The notes under the pieces: generated by a model
What the model saw: the letters and a program-made list of their open reading frames with translations, nothing else
What the model was told of the DNA's origin: nothing
Databases searched by the model: none
Source: Sulfolobales archaeon
GTDB lineage: Archaea > Thermoproteota > Thermoprotei_A > Sulfolobales > NBVN01
NCBI GenBank assembly: GCA_038841535.1
Contig: JAWBTQ010000026.1
Coordinates: 1 to 10,694, forward strand
DNA length: 10,694 bases
Reading direction: 5' to 3'
Part shown: positions 5,308-10,694 of the stretch, one piece after another
Layout of the letters: each line of letters begins with the position of its first letter
Numbering within the stretch: position 1 is the first letter of the stretch
Made by a program: the position numbers and the translations under genes

Positions 5308-6918
5308 ATGAGACCAAGTAATACCAGACTATTCTTAGCCTTGATGACTGTATTAGTGGTCCTGATTTACATTATACCGACTGTCTCAATGTATCCGGAA
5401 GAAACTCGTTCAGTATCTTTATCAAGTGAAGTCTCGTTGGCGAGTAATTCGGGATACATCTCTCAGAATGCAGACCTCACAAATAGTGCCTACGAAGAAG
5501 GAGATTTTCAGTGTACTGCGGTACTCGTTGGTAAGGAGGCGTCGGCAGATGGGTCAGTCATGGTAGCTCACAATGAGGATGACTCGGGTAAAGTTGTTGA
5601 CGTGCTATTCGTCAACCCACGGAATACTCCGTTCAGGCTATTAGGTTATTTTGGTGTTAGACTAACCAACGGGACGTGGGTCTATAGGGAGCTTGACACT
5701 CCCTTATTAGTACCAGTGCCTAAAGAAATGCATGCGTTTTGGGGAGCTGTTATGCCAGGAATAGCTTTCAGTGGGCGCTATGTTAATGAGTATGGTGTCG
5801 TAATCTTTAGTAACAGCGGTGTTGCGTCACGAGAGGACAAACCTGAGCTGGTTCAGGGAGGTATTAGAGACCTACTAAGACTCCTTGTTATACAGCAAGC
5901 TAAGACTGCTAGAGAGGCCGTTAAGCTAATAGGCTACTATGTTGAGACATACGGGTATGGTGCTCCCGCTAGGAACTACATAATAGCGGATCCTAACGAA
6001 ATATGGGTAGTAAACGTAGTCTACGGTAAGCACTGGGTCGCACAGAGAGTTCCCGATGACTCGGTGGTCGTAATACCTAACTACCTCGTGATACGTGAAG
6101 TAAATCTATCAGATACAGAAAACTTCATGGGTTCTAAGGACCTTATTGAATATGCTATTAAGAGGGGTTGGTATGACCCGTCTCGAGACGGGGTCTTCGA
6201 CTTCGCTAAGGCTTATGGCACTCCTGCGAACCAGGCGTCTGTAGGAAACATATACAGACACCAGACAGCTCTATACTACATCACGGGGAGGGTCTACCCG
6301 ACGAGCTACCTACCATTCTCTGTTAAGCCCCAGAAAAAACTCACTCCACAGGACCTCATGTACATTTTAAGGCAGGTAAACCACGCGGCTGTAGATCAAG
6401 TAAAGTACGCTTCGTCACTACCCGGGAGCTTCCACCGCAACCTGCCGATAAGACCAATAGCTCCGTGGCACAATCAGGACGCGTGGGTGGTCCAGTTAAG
6501 GAGCTGGTTGCCACCCATAATTGGTGTAGTAACGTGGAGGGCTGCCAACATGGTTGATGAAAACGTATTTGTTCCAATCTACTTAGGTGTAATATACTCA
6601 GACTTTCCAGCTCCATATAAATTCGCAGACCCTAACAAGATAGACCTCAACTCAGCCTACTGGGCGTTCAGAGTCTTCAGCAACTTTGTGGACCTTGACT
6701 ACCAGGGTAAGATGCCGACTGTGACAAGCTATCAGAAGACCGTAGAAGAGGAGTTTTTCAAGATGCAACCGTACATCGAGGAGCAAGCCCTTAAGATATA
6801 TAACGAGCTAGGTGCTGAGTACGCTGGAAAATACTTAGCAATGTATACCTCAGGAGCACTAATGAAGGTATACACAGACATTCTCGAAATGATACGCTCT
6901 TGGCAAAGCGGAGGATAA
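5308..6918 (+). CDS. Peptidase C69 family dipeptidase (Ntn-hydrolase) with signal peptide/membrane anchor and propeptide
   Basis: CTAVLVGKEASADGSVMVAHNED (nucleophile Cys codon at 5512-5514), VNEYGV, AKTAREAV, IADPNEIW, HWVAQRVPDD, FDFAKAY, FVPIY and SAYWAF. ATG 5308 (MRPSNTRLFLALMTVLVVLIYII) is preferred over 5254 because it opens a basic-then-hydrophobic leader and follows an AT-rich TATA-like tract at about 5260-5278. Confidence 0.92.
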   Translation: MRPSNTRLFLALMTVLVVLIYIIPTVSMYPEETRSVSLSSEVSLASNSGYISQNADLTNSAYEEGDFQCTAVLVGKEASADGSVMVAHNEDDSGKVVDVLFVNPRNTPFRLLGYFGVRLTNGTWVYRELDTPLLVPVPKEMHAFWGAVMPGIAFSGRYVNEYGVVIFSNSGVASREDKPELVQGGIRDLLRLLVIQQAKTAREAVKLIGYYVETYGYGAPARNYIIADPNEIWVVNVVYGKHWVAQRVPDDSVVVIPNYLVIREVNLSDTENFMGSKDLIEYAIKRGWYDPSRDGVFDFAKAYGTPANQASVGNIYRHQTALYYITGRVYPTSYLPFSVKPQKKLTPQDLMYILRQVNHAAVDQVKYASSLPGSFHRNLPIRPIAPWHNQDAWVVQLRSWLPPIIGVVTWRAANMVDENVFVPIYLGVIYSDFPAPYKFADPNKIDLNSAYWAFRVFSNFVDLDYQGKMPTVTSYQKTVEEEFFKMQPYIEEQALKIYNELGAEYAGKYLAMYTSGALMKVYTDILEMIRSWQSGG

Positions 6919-6952
6919 TAAGCTTTTTGATAATATCCCAAATTTCTCTTTC
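6919..6952 (+). terminator. Putative archaeal oligo-T terminator
   Basis: Tandem TAA TAA, then TTTTT (6924-6928) and a pyrimidine tract TTTCTCTTTCCC just after the dipeptidase stop. Confidence 0.4.
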
Positions 6953-7085
6953 CCTCCACTAAAGCTATGAATGGCGCACGATGGATGTATAGTGAAGAGG
7001 AAGAAGGCGGTTATTTATATTAAGTCATGGGCGTAGTCTCCCAGGGGGAATGAGATTAAAGCGGCTAACCTAGGCATTTAATTAT

Positions 7086-8009
7086 TTGTGTAATAAGGAG
7101 ACTCGGTGGAAAAAAGTTCACACAGTATTGGTTGTTGGGTTCGGAGGTGTCGGAGGCCTCGTCACCTACGCTTTCAACTCATCTGGTGTTCGCCCCACAG
7201 TAGTTCTCAGATCTACTCCTAAGAGTAGGAGGATTAGAACTCCTAGTGGCGCTGTAGTGGAGTTAGATGCTGCTTTCACATCATGGGGCAATTTAGGTGG
7301 CTACTGGGACTTTATTGTGGTTACCACTAAGGCATACGACGCTCTTGAAGTTATAGAGAGGCTTAAAAGTATGCGCTTCGGTCTTGCCGTCTTCGTGCAG
7401 AACGGACTTAGGGTATTCGAGGCCGCCGAGAGTAGTCTTGGAGGAGATAGTGTCGCTCAGCTAGTTCTAAACCACGGGGTTTATTGGAATGAAGAGCGTG
7501 GTGAGTTCGTTTGGGTCGGGGGCTCTAGGAGCTATATCGGAACTAGGGGGAATCCACCTAGCTATCTCTACCACTTAGTAGAGTATCTCAGGGTACTGGA
7601 CGTTGAAGTAGTCCGCAACATAGAGCCGTACAGGTGGCTAAAGCTAGCTGTCAACGCTTCTATAAATGCTCTCACGGCAGTGCTGGGAGTTCCTAACGGC
7701 TACTTAGTCAAGGTCCCGGAGCTAGCGAGTGCGGCTCGATTGGTAGCTGGAGAAGTTGCTGAAGTAGCTAAGCGTGCCGGAATAGAGCTCCCAGTCGACC
7801 CAGTAGAGGAAGTACTAAAAGTGGCAGAGCAGACAGCTGGAAACATATCGTCAACACTAGCAGACTTAAGGAGGTGTAGAAAGACTGAGGTAGACTACAT
7901 AAATGGCGCTGTTGTTAAGTTAGGTAGGGAGTTGAACGTAGCTACACCCTATAACGAAATCCTATACTACTTAATCAAGAGCTTGGAGGTGGTGTGTAGG
8001 CATGTCTAG
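7086..8009 (+). CDS. panE: 2-dehydropantoate 2-reductase (ketopantoate reductase)
   Basis: Rossmann motif VVGFGGVGG, plus TTKAYD, QNGL, WLKLAVNASINALTA (catalytic Lys), NISSTLADL and KTEVDYINGAVV (catalytic Glu). Overlaps panB by 8 bp. The start codon is uncertain. Confidence 0.93.
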   Translation: MCNKETRWKKVHTVLVVGFGGVGGLVTYAFNSSGVRPTVVLRSTPKSRRIRTPSGAVVELDAAFTSWGNLGGYWDFIVVTTKAYDALEVIERLKSMRFGLAVFVQNGLRVFEAAESSLGGDSVAQLVLNHGVYWNEERGEFVWVGGSRSYIGTRGNPPSYLYHLVEYLRVLDVEVVRNIEPYRWLKLAVNASINALTAVLGVPNGYLVKVPELASAARLVAGEVAEVAKRAGIELPVDPVEEVLKVAEQTAGNISSTLADLRRCRKTEVDYINGAVVKLGRELNVATPYNEILYYLIKSLEVVCRHV

Positions 8010-8871
8010 AGATAAAGTTACACCATACCACTTCATAAAGCTGAAGAAGGAAGGAAGTAAGATAGTCATGGTCACAGCATACGAGTACATCCACGCTAAG
8101 CTAGCAGATGAAGCGGGAGTCGAGGGAATTCTAGTCGGAGACTCTCTCGGGATGGTTGTCATGGGCTACAGATCGACGCTTCCAGTTACATTCCAAGACG
8201 TCGCTCACCACCTCAAAGCAGTTGTATCAGCAGCACCTAGAGCTCTAGTCGTCGCAGACATGCCCTTCCTAACGTACGAAATAAGCCGCGAGGAAGCTGT
8301 TAGAAACGCAGGTAAGTACATCAAGATGGGTGCGGACGCAGTTAAGGTCGAGGGTGGTGTAGAGGTAATAGACAAAGTCGAGGCGATGGTGAAGGCAGGT
8401 ATTCCGGTTATGGGTCACGTAGGACTCAACCCCCAGAGGTACTTAGTTCTAGGTATGAGAGTTAGGGGGAAGACAGCAGAAGATGGAGTTAAGGTTTATG
8501 AAGACTCTAAGGCTCTTGAGGATGCCGGTGTGTTCTCGATAGTGATAGAGTTCACTACATCCGAGGTAGCGGCAGAAGTAACTAAAGCACTCAAGGTCCC
8601 CACGATATGCATTGGGGCCGGGCCCCACTGCGACGGGCAGATACTGGTCTTCCACGACCTCGTAGGTTTGAACACGAGTCCACCACCTTTCGTAAAGAAG
8701 TATACTGAAGGGTACGAGGTATTTAAAGCTGCTCTCAAGTCTTACGCTGATGAAGTGAGGTCTGGCTACTTCCCTGCGGAAAGGCACTACTTCAGGATGC
8801 CTTCCGACGAGCTTAGTAAGCTGCTAGACGTACTAAATAAAAAGAGGTCTATCTCGAAGAGTACTCCTTAA
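8002..8871 (+). CDS. panB: 3-methyl-2-oxobutanoate hydroxymethyltransferase
   Basis: Motifs MVTAYE, ILVGDSLGMVVMG, VVADMPF, AVKVEGG, IPVMGHVGLNPQ, IVIE, IGAGPHCDGQILVFHDLVG and FVKKY. Confidence 0.97.
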   Translation: MSRDKVTPYHFIKLKKEGSKIVMVTAYEYIHAKLADEAGVEGILVGDSLGMVVMGYRSTLPVTFQDVAHHLKAVVSAAPRALVVADMPFLTYEISREEAVRNAGKYIKMGADAVKVEGGVEVIDKVEAMVKAGIPVMGHVGLNPQRYLVLGMRVRGKTAEDGVKVYEDSKALEDAGVFSIVIEFTTSEVAAEVTKALKVPTICIGAGPHCDGQILVFHDLVGLNTSPPPFVKKYTEGYEVFKAALKSYADEVRSGYFPAERHYFRMPSDELSKLLDVLNKKRSISKSTP

Positions 8872-10639
8872 TCCACGGATAGAGGTCTACCCACCTGCGG
8901 AGCCACGGCCGATAGGCCCTGACGTAGGGTTCTCCAGAAGTGAGCTTCTTTATTAGTTCGGCACTTCTTCTGTACTTTATCGACTCTAGTGAACTGCTCC
9001 CCATCTTGGACTTCCACTCATCTAGTGGAAGTACGTACTTCTTCTGTACGTAGTCCCTATAGACATCACTCATAACGTTGAACGTACAGAACGGTATAAC
9101 CCTCCCGTCGGGCATGAGGTAGTGTACGTTGCACCTCATCACTCTCTCGACGTCGTAGTTGTATAGATCCATGAAGTGCATCATACCCAAAAACAGCATC
9201 TTGTAGTGCCACTCACCGAGAGCCTCGTAAGACCTCTTAATGAATATGTTCGCCAGCATCTTCGGTAACACACTCCTCAACTCCCTCGGTACCTCACCCC
9301 ACCTAACGTACTTAGAGACTAAGTTGGCTACCAGCTTCAGTCCTACGAAAGACCTCATCCCACCCTCCCTAAGCTCTTCTGACTTCTCCACTAGGTAGTC
9401 GAGGAGCCCGTAGACATCGATAAACCTAGTTATAGGTATGAACTCCACTTCAGCACTATCTCTATCTAGAACTCTAGTGTAAACGTATGTAGCTACACCG
9501 CACTGCGGGTGGTTAGCCATCTCGAACTTGAACTCCCCGGCCAGCCTCTCTATGAACTCCGATATGGGGACTGATGCTGGCACTGGGAACCAGTCCTCCT
9601 TCTTGATCTGTCCTCGGGTCTGCTCCTCGATAAGCTTTACTGCGTCCGATATGGTTATCCTCAGCTTCTCTCTCTCAGCCCTCCTAATCATCCCAGTGAG
9701 AGATACTGGCTGAAAGTTCACACCACGCACTATGTCTTGGTTTAAGGCAGCGAACCTCACTATATCTCCAAGCTCCTCGGTGTTCACGTTCTTTATGACT
9801 ACTGGAACTAGAACCACGCTAGTCATACCCCCAGCCCTAAACGCCTCTAGAGAGTAGGGAGCCTCCCAGTGGTTCTTGGGGTTAGCTCTCGGTGAAACAC
9901 CGTCGAAGCTCATGTAGACCGTGTTCACTCCCCTACTCCTCAAGTCGCGAGCATAGGATGCGGCTGCCTCCAGACCCTTATCTATGTACAGTCTTGCGAA
10001 AGTTATTGCGTGAGTATTGAGCTGTATGTGCTTAACTCCCATACTCTTGAGTAAGCTGATGATCTCCGGTAGGTCTTCTCTTACCGTAGGTTCACCACCG
10101 GTTACCTGAATTACGGGCGTTACCTTCTGCTTCAGTAGCTGTTCGATCATGTACTTGATCTGGCTCAAGTCCGGCTCGTAAACAAAGCCACTCTTCTCTG
10201 CGTAAAAGAAGCAGAACCAGCAGTCTAAGTCGCATCTATTCGTAGCTACTAAGTTAGCTATAGCCGTGTGACTCATGTGTATTGGGCAGAGCCCGCAGCT
10301 GTACGGACACGGTGCCGTGAGGTCTGTATATGCGTATCTAGGCCCCCTCCCCTCGATAAAGAACCTCTCCAACCTCTTCGCGTACTCAGCGTCTCCTTGG
10401 TAGACGTCCTCTATCTCACCATGCTCGGGGCAGATCTTCCTAATGAACCACTTACCATCTCTCTCGACGACAACAGCTGGGAGAAGAGCATTACAGTAAG
10501 GACAAACAGAGTTGGTGTATCTCACCAGCTTTTCTCCACCCTTGAGCTTCGGGATGGAGCCGCCGACAGCTATGACTCTATCAGCAATCTTAATGACTCT
10601 ATCATTAATCAAAAACTCGGACGCCTTACTCACTCCCAT
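8849..10639 (-). CDS. tes: Tetraether lipid synthase (GDGT-macrocyclic archaeol synthase; MJ0619-family radical SAM)
   Basis: N-terminal rubredoxin-like CPYC...CPEHG, auxiliary-cluster motif CPYSCGLCPIH, radical-SAM TNRCDLDCWFCFF (CX3CX2C), TGGEPT, RGVNFQPVS, and C-terminal HPQCG, MHFMDLYNYDVERVMRCNVHY and IPFC. This is the Tes/GDGT-MAS domain architecture. Confidence 0.92.
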   Translation of the reverse strand: MGVSKASEFLINDRVIKIADRVIAVGGSIPKLKGGEKLVRYTNSVCPYCNALLPAVVVERDGKWFIRKICPEHGEIEDVYQGDAEYAKRLERFFIEGRGPRYAYTDLTAPCPYSCGLCPIHMSHTAIANLVATNRCDLDCWFCFFYAEKSGFVYEPDLSQIKYMIEQLLKQKVTPVIQVTGGEPTVREDLPEIISLLKSMGVKHIQLNTHAITFARLYIDKGLEAAASYARDLRSRGVNTVYMSFDGVSPRANPKNHWEAPYSLEAFRAGGMTSVVLVPVVIKNVNTEELGDIVRFAALNQDIVRGVNFQPVSLTGMIRRAEREKLRITISDAVKLIEEQTRGQIKKEDWFPVPASVPISEFIERLAGEFKFEMANHPQCGVATYVYTRVLDRDSAEVEFIPITRFIDVYGLLDYLVEKSEELREGGMRSFVGLKLVANLVSKYVRWGEVPRELRSVLPKMLANIFIKRSYEALGEWHYKMLFLGMMHFMDLYNYDVERVMRCNVHYLMPDGRVIPFCTFNVMSDVYRDYVQKKYVLPLDEWKSKMGSSSLESIKYRRSAELIKKLTSGEPYVRAYRPWLRRWVDLYPWIKEYSSR

Positions 10640-10668
10640 CTGTAATCACTATGAACTATTAACTCCGT

Positions 10669-10678
10669 TAAATAAAAG
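10669..10678 (-). promoter_or_regulatory. Putative TATA box of tes
   Basis: Minus-strand TTTTATTTAA lies about 30-39 nt upstream of ATG 10639, consistent with a leaderless or short-leader transcript. Confidence 0.4.
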
Positions 10679-10694
10679 CCTGCTACCCTCTTTA

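Noticed and set aside
6967-7023. 18-codon ORF MNGARWMYSEEEEGGYLY
   Set aside because: Too short, no RBS or recognisable homology, and it overlaps TATA-like sequence.
6356-10645. ORFs 6356-6616, 6732-6959, 7971-8162, 8449-8787, 8496-8738, 9528-9713 and 10268-10645
   Set aside because: All are antisense to confidently identified genes and carry no independent signal.
1-10694. CRISPR array, tRNA, rRNA, integrase or intact transposase
   Set aside because: No regularly spaced repeats, cloverleaf or T-loop signature, rRNA sequence or recombinase ORF was seen.

Overview
Gene-dense archaeal window, most consistent with a hyperthermophilic Thermoproteota (Thermoprotei/Desulfurococcales-like) genome, judged from the tetraether synthase, the tungsten oxidoreductase, TTTATAAA-type promoters and GGTG-type ribosome-binding sites. 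In order it holds: the 3' end of an M55/DppA D-aminopeptidase, an MBL-fold hydrolase and a small hypothetical protein. Next is a ~330-bp intergenic stretch with a candidate box C/D sRNA and a highly structured ~200-bp element that looks like an orphan tnpB 3'-end/omegaRNA remnant. A minus-strand operon follows (polyferredoxin, WOR5/ASOR-type tungsten oxidoreductase, ubiquitin-like MoaD/SAMP protein). The rest is a divergent conserved hypothetical protein, a secreted C69 dipeptidase, panE-panB, and a convergent radical-SAM tetraether lipid synthase (tes). The most interesting signals are the RNA-like intergenic region 1345-1606, the WOR5-like operon, and the ubiquitin-like tail (VLRLVRGG) of its sulfur-carrier protein. 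All family calls come from motif recognition and memory. No database search was run.
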